Below, piece by piece: positions 1-8,986 of a stretch of DNA of 64,000 nt. Positions within the stretch are counted from its first letter, which is position 1. Each line of letters starts with the position of its first letter. The notes below the pieces were generated by a model. That model did not search any database, had not been told where the DNA came from, and was given only the letters and a program-made list of their open reading frames with translations. Both the position numbers and the translations under genes were made by a program. The DNA is taken from the IMG/VR virus record IMGVR_UViG_3300023174_008090; one strand, written 5' to 3'. This stretch comes from an uncultured virus (IMG/VR IMGVR_UViG_3300023174_008090). Taxonomy: Duplodnaviria > Heunggongvirae > Uroviricota > Caudoviricetes.

Positions 1-2
1 GC

Positions 3-2567
3 AAAAATATAAAAACAAATACGCCTTTCGTGGCGGGGAGCAGAAATCAAATGGATCACTTTGCAAAGATTGCATCAGAGCAAAGAAAAAAACTTGCTGC
101 TGCAGTTACAATCGATTTTAAAGTCGAAGATAATGCAGGTAATAGAGTTGTTCTTTCTACTGATGGTTCAATCACAGGTTACACAAATGGAAAAAGAACT
201 GCTTGGGAACCTATCCTTAACGAAAACCAACTCGGTTTGATGGAAAATGGACAAGGTACAAGAGTTGCTGCTGAATTGCTCAAGGATTATTCACATTTTG
301 TCAAGACTGCTTTGCTTGATGTCAAAGAAAGACTTGATGATAGAGAAAGACAACTTGATGAAGTTAGAAGCGGTGAATCATATGATAATTTAGTTGATGG
401 CATTAAGTCAAAGAATACTGGTGCTGTAAATGAAGTTCGTGAAAAACAATTAGAGCCAAAACAAACAGGTGCTAGCCAAGATGCAGTAAGAGAGATTCTT
501 CTTGGAGATGCTGGTCTTTATGGCAGAAGAGTCAAGGATGAAGAAGTACGTAAAACCTTACATCAACTTGTTGAAGAAGTAAACCATGGTGTGCCTACTG
601 AAGTTTTAGAAAAGCAATTATCAAACCACCGTGCAGAAGGTTCAGCAAGTGCTCACGAAATTATGCATGCTACAATTTCTGCATTAGGCAAGGCAGTAAT
701 TTCTTCATTAGAAACTCCAAAAACTATCCTTCGTGTTGCTCAAACATTAGCTGAAGAACCAATGCTTCCTGAAATGATTGGAACTGCTGCTGCTGGGACT
801 GATATGGAAGCAGACAAGGCAGAAAAGGCTGATTTTTTCGGTGGTGATGCAAAGCCAGAAAATTCTGTTTCTGCTGTTCTCAAGCAATTAGGTGCTGCTG
901 TAACTTCTGAAATTACTGCTAAAGATCTTGCTGATGCGCTTTCAGTTGCTGTTGAAGAAGGCGAAATGACCAAGGAAGGCGTTTCCAGAATTGCTGAACT
1001 TCTTATGGGTCAAGCAAATGTTCCTTCTGAAGGTTTAGATGTTGATGCTGCACCTTCAAAGAATGAAGAACTCAAGTCTGCTCTTATGTCTGCTGTAGAT
1101 GCTGATGCTGATCTTATTTCCAAAGATGATCTTAAGTCTGCAATTTCCGCTATGGCAATGTCCTCAAAAGAAACTGGAACAACTCCTGATGAAGTAGTTG
1201 ATTCTGTAGATGCTATGCCAGAAAAGCAATTGATGGCTGCTATTGATAGAGCAAAAACTGCAACTGCTACTGACGGCAGATTGAGAGCAAGAGCAAGAAG
1301 AGAATTCTGGGGTGTCAAAACTGCATCCACTAAAAATATTTCTGATAATGTTGTTGGTTGGTTAGCAGATTATTCCACAAACTTTGGAATTAGCACAAGA
1401 AGAATTGCAAAAGCTGCGAAGAGACTTTGCGAAGAATTTGAAGTTGCAGAAAAATTAGTTGCCAAGGCTGTCATTGCTTCTGAAAGAACTGCTGGCATGA
1501 CCATCACTCAAAGTAAATCAGATTGCATTAGATTTATGTGCAGAGCTGAAGATTTAGATGGTGTTCAACCAAGTGATAGCAATTTTGATGAATCATTCAA
1601 GCAAAAAGCAATCGAAGTTCTTCAAGGACATGGGTTCCAAGTTGACCCTGCTACATTCTCATTTACAGACTTGATTGTTTCTGAAAATGGCGATGTAACA
1701 GCTACAGTTTCTACATCTTCATCAAAAACATTCAAGCCTGATGATATGGATGCCGATATGCATGCTGAAGATAGCGAAGAAATGCCTGTTGTAATGACAG
1801 AAGGTGCCAGAATCGCTAGAAAGAACAGAAGAGACAATATTTTGGCTAAATATGCCCAAGTAGCTCCAGGCATGGGTGCTCCTGCTGGTGGTGCTCCTGC
1901 TCCTGCAGGTCCTGCAGCTGGACCAGTTGATCCAGGTTTGGGTGCTGGCGCTCCTGCTGGTGGTGATTTAGGAATTTCTTCACTTACTGGTGGGTCAGAT
2001 ATGAATGAATCCGCAGATATGGATGCAATGTCTGAACCAGGCGAAAAGAAACCATGGGGTTCTGTATGTCCAGTTTGTGGAGGAGATGATGTAAACATTT
2101 CTGAATCAAATGCAGATTGTCAAAGCTGTGGAACCACATACAAAATTATGCAATCTCTTGAACTTATTTCAATGGGAGAAAAAGGCAAGTCTTCCCCTGA
2201 AGAAGAACCAATGGGACTTGGTCCTGACACTGGTTTAGGCGCAGCAACTGCTCCTGCTGAAATGCCAGCAGCTAACCCAGCTGCGCCAGGAATGGGACCA
2301 ACAGCTTCTGACATTAGAACAATGGTTAGATTGTCAGCTACAGTTGATTCTGATGTCTATTTGAAGACAGCTTTGCCTTCATTTGACAGAACTTCAGAAT
2401 CTATGCTCCCTGTAGGTATGGTTTGTCCTTCATGTGGCAATAGAGAAGCACACAAGGTCAAAAATAATACTTTCTGCTACAAGTGCGGAAATTACTCAAG
2501 AACAACTGTTCAAGCCTCTAAGAAAGATCCATCAAAGCTTGATGTATCAATTACTTGGATAGATTAG
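3..2567 (+). CDS. Large head-associated/prohead protein, 5'-truncated; C-terminal Pro/Ala/Gly linkers and two Zn-ribbons
   Basis: The frame is open from base 3, upstream of the GTG at 30, so the gene probably starts before the window. CPVC..CQSC and CPSC..CYKC pairs; PAGGAPAP linker; directly upstream of the scaffold/capsid genes. Confidence 0.6.
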   Translation, partial: KNIKTNTPFVAGSRNQMDHFAKIASEQRKKLAAAVTIDFKVEDNAGNRVVLSTDGSITGYTNGKRTAWEPILNENQLGLMENGQGTRVAAELLKDYSHFVKTALLDVKERLDDRERQLDEVRSGESYDNLVDGIKSKNTGAVNEVREKQLEPKQTGASQDAVREILLGDAGLYGRRVKDEEVRKTLHQLVEEVNHGVPTEVLEKQLSNHRAEGSASAHEIMHATISALGKAVISSLETPKTILRVAQTLAEEPMLPEMIGTAAAGTDMEADKAEKADFFGGDAKPENSVSAVLKQLGAAVTSEITAKDLADALSVAVEEGEMTKEGVSRIAELLMGQANVPSEGLDVDAAPSKNEELKSALMSAVDADADLISKDDLKSAISAMAMSSKETGTTPDEVVDSVDAMPEKQLMAAIDRAKTATATDGRLRARARREFWGVKTASTKNISDNVVGWLADYSTNFGISTRRIAKAAKRLCEEFEVAEKLVAKAVIASERTAGMTITQSKSDCIRFMCRAEDLDGVQPSDSNFDESFKQKAIEVLQGHGFQVDPATFSFTDLIVSENGDVTATVSTSSSKTFKPDDMDADMHAEDSEEMPVVMTEGARIARKNRRDNILAKYAQVAPGMGAPAGGAPAPAGPAAGPVDPGLGAGAPAGGDLGISSLTGGSDMNESADMDAMSEPGEKKPWGSVCPVCGGDDVNISESNADCQSCGTTYKIMQSLELISMGEKGKSSPEEEPMGLGPDTGLGAATAPAEMPAANPAAPGMGPTASDIRTMVRLSATVDSDVYLKTALPSFDRTSESMLPVGMVCPSCGNREAHKVKNNTFCYKCGNYSRTTVQASKKDPSKLDVSITWID

Positions 2568-2572
2568 TATAC

Positions 2573-2605
2573 AAAATAGTGAGGGAAATATTCCCTCACT
2601 ATTTT
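2573..2605 (+). terminator. Intrinsic terminator hairpin
   Basis: Perfect 15-bp inverted repeat AAAATAGTGAGGGAA-ata-TTCCCTCACTATTTT, 5 nt after the TAG of ORF1. Confidence 0.8.
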
Positions 2606-2614
2606 CTTTAAAAA

Positions 2615-2639
2615 AGGTGTAAAAACACTTTATCTAGAA
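2615..2639 (+). promoter_or_regulatory. Candidate phage late promoter AGGT-N16-TAGAA
   Basis: AGG 2615-2617, 17-nt spacer, TAGAA 2635-2639. Same spacing at 43559-43535 (-) and 47017-47041 (+). Confidence 0.45.
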
Positions 2640-2720
2640 GTTAAAAAAAAGTTTATAAATAACTAATTTATAGATTCTTTGATAAAAGATTTTATTTTTA
2701 TTAAGGGAAGCAGCATAAAA

Positions 2721-4394
2721 ATGAATAAAAATTCGAATAAAGCCAATCAGGAAAGATTTGCAGCAATGAAATTAGCTGAAATCAATGCAACTGATAAGGA
2801 AGATCTTATGAACTGCGCTTCCGACATGGAAAAGACAGCATCTTTGGAAACAAATGAAGCTGTTGTTGTCGCAAAAGCAATCAGAGCAAAATATCTTCCA
2901 AATATTGCTAGACAAGCTGGTCTTGATGTTTCAAATCTAGATCTTGATCATGGTAAAGAGACTGTTGACTTCGCAAACGATGAATCTGATGATGATGACG
3001 ATGATATGGAATTTCACCACTTTGAGAGTGATGAAGATTCAGAAGATGTAGATGACGATGACATGTCTGATGAAGATATGGACGACGAAGACGAAGTAGA
3101 AGATAGTGATGATGTCGCCACTTTTGAGATTGAAGTTCCCGCTGATATGGTTGACCAAGCACAAAAAGCTGTGCAAGAGGCGCTAGATAATCTTCTTGGC
3201 GGAGATGATGATTCTGATGAAGATGATGATGAAAGTATCACCCATTTTAATGATGACGAAGATGATATGGATTCAGAAGAAGAGTCAGATGATGACGAAG
3301 ACAATGAAAAACAATTTATGAAAAAAAGCAACGAGGTTAGATCAATGACTAAACAAGCATTGGCTGAGCGCAAAGCACAGAGAGAAGCTCTCTTAAGAAG
3401 AGCCGAAAGAGAAGAAATTCTCATGAAGATTGCTTCAGAAGAAGAGACTTATCCAGCGTCAGCCTCATTTAAATATAACGAAGATATGGTTGACATGAAG
3501 GGTGAAATTGAATACCCTACAATGACAATGCAAGGTAGTGAGGGTAACTCACTCAAGGAACAAAATCCAACTTGGGCTGAACAAAAAGTTCCTACTATGA
3601 ATCCAGGTTCATTGGAATTTCCTTCAGTCACAAAGCCTAGTAAGTTTGAAGGTTCTGGCGATGGCTCTTTAGAGTACACCGTTGATTGGGATCATTTAGA
3701 AACTCCTTCTGAGGGTTTAGAAGATAACGATCATCCTCATATTCCAACCCAAATGCCTTCAATGCCACATAAGACCACCAGAACTGTTGGTGCTTCTAAA
3801 GAAGAGCATGATGTTGAATGTACTGCTTGCGGTACTACAATGAGAATGTCAGAAGCAGCTATGGAAGATCCTAACACAAAATGTGCAAACAAGGAATGCC
3901 CAACTAACGCTGAATCTGATGATGAAATGGAAAAAGAAGCACAAAATGTTGACACAAGACAACATGTCAATACTCAACAAAAGATCAATGATACTCAAGT
4001 AGAATTGGATAATGCATTCAAGACTGTAAATGAACTTAAAAAATCTTCTGTTGATGTTGCAAGAATCAAAACTTCTTATAGCTGTGCAACAAAATTAGCT
4101 TTAGCTGGAATTATTACTTCTGAAGAAGTTGATTCATATGCAGAGCAAATGATCAATGATGGTCTTAAGTCTGATTCTATGATCAGACAAACCAAACTCT
4201 TACTTAAGTCCGCTCAGTCTTCAACCGAAAGAGTTGCAGCTGCTGCAGCTGAAAGAATGAGTACTAGAACCGCTTCAACATTAGGCGTATCTACATCTCC
4301 TGCATTAAGTGGTGGTTTATCCGCTAACAGTGCAGCTCTTGACATACAAAGTGCTCTTAAGGGTGCTTTTACAATGCCAAAAATCGAGGACTAA
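2721..4394 (+). CDS. Acidic scaffolding-like head protein (557 aa)
   Basis: ATG 2721 follows AAGGGAAG. Long D/E tracts, charged helical segment, CTAC..CANKEC motif; two genes upstream of the MCP. Confidence 0.6.
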   Translation: MNKNSNKANQERFAAMKLAEINATDKEDLMNCASDMEKTASLETNEAVVVAKAIRAKYLPNIARQAGLDVSNLDLDHGKETVDFANDESDDDDDDMEFHHFESDEDSEDVDDDDMSDEDMDDEDEVEDSDDVATFEIEVPADMVDQAQKAVQEALDNLLGGDDDSDEDDDESITHFNDDEDDMDSEEESDDDEDNEKQFMKKSNEVRSMTKQALAERKAQREALLRRAEREEILMKIASEEETYPASASFKYNEDMVDMKGEIEYPTMTMQGSEGNSLKEQNPTWAEQKVPTMNPGSLEFPSVTKPSKFEGSGDGSLEYTVDWDHLETPSEGLEDNDHPHIPTQMPSMPHKTTRTVGASKEEHDVECTACGTTMRMSEAAMEDPNTKCANKECPTNAESDDEMEKEAQNVDTRQHVNTQQKINDTQVELDNAFKTVNELKKSSVDVARIKTSYSCATKLALAGIITSEEVDSYAEQMINDGLKSDSMIRQTKLLLKSAQSSTERVAAAAAERMSTRTASTLGVSTSPALSGGLSANSAALDIQSALKGAFTMPKIED

Positions 4395-4426
4395 TTTCCT
4401 CATCAAATAATTAGGAGAAATATAAA

Positions 4427-5080
4427 ATGGCTATTCGTGCATTAAACACACTCGTAGTTGCAAACTACAACACAGCTGCTTCTGCTTCATGGCTCGCAGG
4501 TGACGCTTTATTCCTTCAAAACGACGGAACTGTTGCAGCAGCATACAGAGCAGGTAACGGTTTTTCAACCCTTCAACAACAATTAGGTAGATTTGTTGGA
4601 TTCTCAGCTGATGATACTGCTAGAACTGGCAACACCATGATTCTTGCTGATCCAGTTGGTGCATCTTACACCGATTCCAATGGTGTTCTTCAAGCAAATA
4701 ACAACGGATTCTACGTTGTTTCAAAGAGAGCTATTGGCGACTTCTTGGCTGAAAACGTCAATGGTGTTACAAACCCAACTGCAGGTTCATCAGGATATGA
4801 AGGACCAAGAAGAGGTGTTGGCGTTTTCAATACCCCAGGCGCACAATTTATTACCGACAGATTTTCCTCAGTTGCATCCACCTCTGTTTTCCAAGATGGT
4901 GCAGCTGGTGGCTGGACACCTGCTGTTGGCGACCTTCTCACCGTTGCAGCTAGCTCTGCAAACGCTGGTAAGCTTGCAAAGTTAGGCACTGTTGGTACTG
5001 ACGGTGTTATTGTTGGTAGAGTTGATTCTTATGACTCAGCTGCTGGCCTTCTTTACTTCACCCAACTTAGTGGCGTCTAA
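4427..5080 (+). CDS. Probable capsid decoration/cement protein
   Basis: 217 aa, Gly/Ala/Ser-rich and beta-like (..PAVGDLLTV..GKL..VGRV); strong SD AGGAG; immediately upstream of the MCP, the usual decoration-protein position. Confidence 0.6.
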   Translation: MAIRALNTLVVANYNTAASASWLAGDALFLQNDGTVAAAYRAGNGFSTLQQQLGRFVGFSADDTARTGNTMILADPVGASYTDSNGVLQANNNGFYVVSKRAIGDFLAENVNGVTNPTAGSSGYEGPRRGVGVFNTPGAQFITDRFSSVASTSVFQDGAAGGWTPAVGDLLTVAASSANAGKLAKLGTVGTDGVIVGRVDSYDSAAGLLYFTQLSGV

Positions 5081-5113
5081 TCGGTAAAGAATTTTTAAAG
5101 GAGAAATATTTCA

Positions 5114-5968
5114 ATGTCAATGATTAAGAGAAACACAAATGAGCAAAGAGAATCCATTATTGCAATGGCTCTCGAGACTCCAGAGGGACGCACAGCTCTT
5201 GCACAAGCAATGGTTGAGCCAATCAAGACTTCCCTCATGTACCAAGCCATCGGACGCAAACTTTTGATGGTTGATGAGCTCCCACAAGGTGCTCTTGCTC
5301 GCTACGAGAGAGACGTTGCTGTCAAGTCATACGTCATTCCTAAGCGTGGTGCTGTTCCTACTGCAGAGGTTGAGGCTGAAGAGCTTCTCGTTCCTACAGT
5401 TGAATTAGCTGCACACCCACAAATCAGACTTAATGAAATCAGACAAAGAAGATTTTATATTGTCGATAGAGCACAAGTTAGAGCAAAAGATTCCCTTCAA
5501 AGACAAGAAGATACTGAAGTCTTCAAGGTTATCAACGCTGGTGTTCCAACTGACCAAGCAATTTCCGTTTCCGGTACTCTCCAACCAGAGAACGTCAACC
5601 TTGCGTTGACTCTCATTGAAGAGCACGAGTTAATCGGTGCTAAGGTTGTTCTTCACCCACAACGCTACAAGGATATCAGAAACTGGGGTAAGGAATTCTT
5701 CGATGAGGCAACTCAAAGAGACATCCTTATGACTGGTCTCTACGGACACATTTATTCCGCTGACATCCACGTTTCCACAATGGTTCCGAAGAACAGCGTT
5801 TACGTTCTCGCACCTGCCCAATTCGTTGGTGCAATGCCAGTTCGCCAAGACATCACTGTCCTCCCAGCAGACGATCCAAAGAGACTTAGACTCGGATGGG
5901 TTGTTTACGAAGAGCTCGGTTTTGCTCTTATCAATGACTATGCAGTTTCAAGAATTACCGTAAGCTAA
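5114..5968 (+). CDS. Major capsid protein, HK97 fold (compact, encapsulin-sized)
   Basis: 284 aa; pattern GRKLLMVDELPQGALARYERD..V..P..EL.AHP.I...EI..RRF.IVDR..EDT; C-terminal GWVVYEELGFALIN; SD AAGGAG; strongly biased codon usage; followed by a terminator. Confidence 0.85.
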   Translation: MSMIKRNTNEQRESIIAMALETPEGRTALAQAMVEPIKTSLMYQAIGRKLLMVDELPQGALARYERDVAVKSYVIPKRGAVPTAEVEAEELLVPTVELAAHPQIRLNEIRQRRFYIVDRAQVRAKDSLQRQEDTEVFKVINAGVPTDQAISVSGTLQPENVNLALTLIEEHELIGAKVVLHPQRYKDIRNWGKEFFDEATQRDILMTGLYGHIYSADIHVSTMVPKNSVYVLAPAQFVGAMPVRQDITVLPADDPKRLRLGWVVYEELGFALINDYAVSRITVS

Positions 5969-5984
5969 TTCTAAACTAGTCATG

Positions 5985-6019
5985 AAAAAAGGAGAGTTGA
6001 TTTTCAACTCTCCTTTTTT
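5985..6019 (+). terminator. Intrinsic terminator after the MCP
   Basis: AAAAAAGGAGAGTTGA-ttt-TCAACTCTCCTTTTTT perfect inverted repeat. Confidence 0.85.
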
Positions 6020-6036
6020 ATTTGTAAAATTTATAT

Positions 6037-7407
6037 ATGTCAAAATTAATAGCTTTTGATTTAGATGGAGTTTTACTAGATGCAAAACAAATACATTATG
6101 AAACTTTAAATAAATCTCTTAAAAAATTTCTCAATTATGAAATTAGCTGGGAAGATCATTTGAAAATTTATGATGGATTGAAAACTAAAGATAAGCTAAG
6201 AATTCTTAAGTCAAAAGGTTTTAGTATTGACGATCAAATTGACAAGAATATTTTTATTGAAAAACAAAGACTAACATTATTTGCTTTGTCAAATTTAAAA
6301 AATAACAACAAACTAATTTCAATTGTAAAAAATCTTAAAGAAAATAATTTTAATATTGCTTGTTGTTCTAATTCAATCAAAAATACTGTTGAAATTGCTT
6401 TAAAAAATTTAGGACTGTATGATTATTTTGATTTAATTATTTCTAACGAAGATGTCAATTTTTCTAAACCACATCCAGAAATGTATTGGAAAGCAATGTC
6501 TCATTTTGGTGTATTTCCTAATCAAACATTAATAGTAGAAGATTCTCCAACAGGTTTGATGGCTGCTTATTCCTCTGGATCAAAAGTTTTAAGAGTAAAT
6601 AATTCTGGTGATTTTACATTAGAATCTATATTGAATGCATATAATAATAAAGAAATTTCTAAAGCAAAATGGGTAGATAAGAAAATGAATGTTGTAATTC
6701 CTATGGCTGGCAATGGTAGTAGATTCGCTCAAGCTGGATATACTTTTCCAAAACCTTTAATTGAAGTAAATGGAAAGCCTATGATTCAAGTTGTAGTAGA
6801 AAACTTAAATGTTGATGCTAATTTTATTTTCATAGTTCAAAAACAACACATAGAAAAATACAATGTTGATTCTATGTTGAAGTTATTATATCCAGGATGC
6901 AAAATAGTAGAAGTTGAAAGTTTGACTGAAGGAGCAGCTTGTACAGTACTGTTGGCAAAGGATTATATTGACAATAATGAATCTTTACTTATTGCCAATT
7001 CAGATCAATTTATAGAATGGAATAGCTTAGAATTTCTTTACAAAATGCATGAGCAAAATTTAGACGCTGGAATTGTTTCTTTTAAGGCTTCTCATCCTAA
7101 ATGGTCATATGCTCGTGTAGATGAAAATAATTTTGTAGTAGAAGTGGCAGAAAAAAACCCAATTTCTGATATTGCTACAGTTGGAATTTATTATTGGAAG
7201 CATGGATCTGATTTTGTCAATTATGCTGGAAAAATGATAGACAAGAATATAAGAGTAAATAATGAATTCTATGTATGCCCAGTTTTCAATGAAGCTATTT
7301 TAGATAATAAAAAAATTAAGACTTTTAATGTTTCTAATATGTGGGGTTTAGGAACGCCAGAAGATTTAGATTATTTTTTGGAGAATTATAACAAAAAGGA
7401 GAACTAA
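6037..7407 (+). CDS. Fused HAD-family phosphatase + sugar-1-phosphate nucleotidyltransferase
   Basis: N-terminal FDLDGVL, SN, KPHP, EDSPTG (HAD motifs I-IV); C-terminal IPMAGNGSRF..PKPLI..EVAEK..WGLGTPEDL (NTP_transferase). Confidence 0.85.
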   Translation: MSKLIAFDLDGVLLDAKQIHYETLNKSLKKFLNYEISWEDHLKIYDGLKTKDKLRILKSKGFSIDDQIDKNIFIEKQRLTLFALSNLKNNNKLISIVKNLKENNFNIACCSNSIKNTVEIALKNLGLYDYFDLIISNEDVNFSKPHPEMYWKAMSHFGVFPNQTLIVEDSPTGLMAAYSSGSKVLRVNNSGDFTLESILNAYNNKEISKAKWVDKKMNVVIPMAGNGSRFAQAGYTFPKPLIEVNGKPMIQVVVENLNVDANFIFIVQKQHIEKYNVDSMLKLLYPGCKIVEVESLTEGAACTVLLAKDYIDNNESLLIANSDQFIEWNSLEFLYKMHEQNLDAGIVSFKASHPKWSYARVDENNFVVEVAEKNPISDIATVGIYYWKHGSDFVNYAGKMIDKNIRVNNEFYVCPVFNEAILDNKKIKTFNVSNMWGLGTPEDLDYFLENYNKKEN

Positions 7408-7422
7408 ATAGTTCTCCTTTTT
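7393..7422. terminator. Bidirectional terminator between convergent genes
   Basis: AAAAAGGAGAACT-aaat-AGTTCTCCTTTTT with T tracts on both strands. Confidence 0.8.
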
Positions 7423-7425
7423 ACT

Positions 7426-8016
7426 TTACCTTGGGAAAATGTAACAAACTCCTCTAGGGACAGCATGAATTGATTCAGTGCAGTATTCAATTCTATGAGT
7501 TGGACTCCATCTAGTTAGAGCATCTTTTACATAATCATAATTCAATACATTATTATTCCATGTATCATATGCAAGTTCAGGCCGCCCAGGAACTTGGAAA
7601 TCATGAATAATGATTACACCCTTGCCTCTTGAAATACAATCGATTTCATCAAGAAGAGGCCAATAAGCACCCCAATGAGCATCTAAGAAAAAGATTGTAT
7701 GTTCAACATCTAATTTATGCATTCTATTCAATAAAACAACTGGAGAATTGCCATGAATAATTTCGCAGTTGGTGATATTGTGTTCAGCAAATCTTTTCGC
7801 AGCTAATTCGCAAGATTCTTTTCTGACTTCTACACCAATCCAATTCTTTACAAGCTTTGATGCTGTAAGTGCTGTAGAACCTAAATCAATACCTGTTTCA
7901 AACCAAGTAGTAATCTGGTATTCATCAACAATTTCTTTTGCTCTTTTTGCAATAGCCAAATCTAAAGGATAGTCCTTATACTTTGGATCTGGCACTAAAT
8001 GATCGTTTTGTTCCAT
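7426..8016 (-). CDS. Putative class I SAM-dependent methyltransferase
   Basis: FETGIDLGST (motif I-like), GVEV, IHGNS, FFLDAH, IHDF. Confidence 0.6.
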   Translation of the reverse strand: MEQNDHLVPDPKYKDYPLDLAIAKRAKEIVDEYQITTWFETGIDLGSTALTASKLVKNWIGVEVRKESCELAAKRFAEHNITNCEIIHGNSPVVLLNRMHKLDVEHTIFFLDAHWGAYWPLLDEIDCISRGKGVIIIHDFQVPGRPELAYDTWNNNVLNYDYVKDALTRWSPTHRIEYCTESIHAVPRGVCYIFPR

Positions 8017-8019
8017 TAT

Positions 8020-8904
8020 TTATTCCTTGTCACTTTCTTTAGTGAAAACACTAAGTAGATGTCTATTCACTTCATTGTCATCAATTACGTCAAAAAACAT
8101 ATTAGGTTCTTGTCGGTATTGTTCACATTTGTCTCTAAAAAAATTATTGTTTTTATGTATTGAATATCTAACCCAAAACATCAATCTTTTTCCAGAAGTA
8201 AGAGGTTGTCCATGATGTAATGCATATGTATCACCAAAAATTGCAGTTCCAGCTTTACCAGTGACCACAACCTTTTCAGACATATCATCTGAGCCTTTGT
8301 GTGTTTTTTTGTAGTAAACATGAGGGCCATTTTCATCATCAACGTCTGACAGATAAATGAAAAAAGCTACAAACTTAAAATCATCATAATCTCTGTGTAT
8401 ATTTTGAGTATTGAAAGTTTCGCCAGTATATTTACTCCACCACAAATTTACATCTTTAAGCACTGGTAAACATCCTAAATATTCTTGAGCTAGGGCAACA
8501 ATATCAGGCCTAGTTACTAAACGGAGAATAAATGGTGATTTAAAAATTTGATTGATTTTGTAAGAACAGACATTCCAATCTAAGTTGTCATTAAACTTTT
8601 GCGGTACTTGATTGAATGCTCTGCCTGGAACATGAAATTGATAGCCTTTAATGTCTTCAGTAAATTTTACTATTGTATCTACTTCTTCTTGAGTCAGAAA
8701 ATTTTCAATTACACAATAACCATTTTCTTCAACCTCATCTAATATTTTCTTATCAAATGGTGCTTGAATTTTTGGTACATGCTGGTTAACAATTTCAACA
8801 ATTTGTTCAGTGTATTTAATCTTGTTGTTCATATCTCTATAGACTGACAAATCATCACTATATGGAATTTGTATTTTTTCTCTGATAAGGTTTTGTAAAT
8901 TCAT
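8020..8904 (-). CDS. PhyH-like 2OG-Fe(II) dioxygenase
   Basis: ENGYCVIENFL, HRD, YLSDVDDENGP, LHHG..R facial-triad pattern. Confidence 0.75.
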   Translation of the reverse strand: MNLQNLIREKIQIPYSDDLSVYRDMNNKIKYTEQIVEIVNQHVPKIQAPFDKKILDEVEENGYCVIENFLTQEEVDTIVKFTEDIKGYQFHVPGRAFNQVPQKFNDNLDWNVCSYKINQIFKSPFILRLVTRPDIVALAQEYLGCLPVLKDVNLWWSKYTGETFNTQNIHRDYDDFKFVAFFIYLSDVDDENGPHVYYKKTHKGSDDMSEKVVVTGKAGTAIFGDTYALHHGQPLTSGKRLMFWVRYSIHKNNNFFRDKCEQYRQEPNMFFDVIDDNEVNRHLLSVFTKESDKE

Positions 8905-8986
8905 TTAACAAGTCCGTTCTGAATAAGTTTTATCTGCTTAGATTGTTATATTATACCTTTTTTTGAATTAACGGTAAAATTACACT

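Noticed and set aside
2654..2661. TATAAATA, identical to the T4 late promoter, upstream of the scaffold gene
   Set aside because: Single instance in AT-rich DNA, not seen before the other virion operons, and the structural genes are not T4-like.
2980..3305. GAT/GAA-rich repetitive DNA
   Set aside because: Explained by the Asp/Glu tracts of the scaffold-like protein; not a separate repeat element.
5114..5968. Cellular encapsulin operon
   Set aside because: The context (scaffold, decoration protein, head-tail adaptor, tail-tube-like genes) indicates a phage capsid, and no typical cargo enzyme is adjacent.
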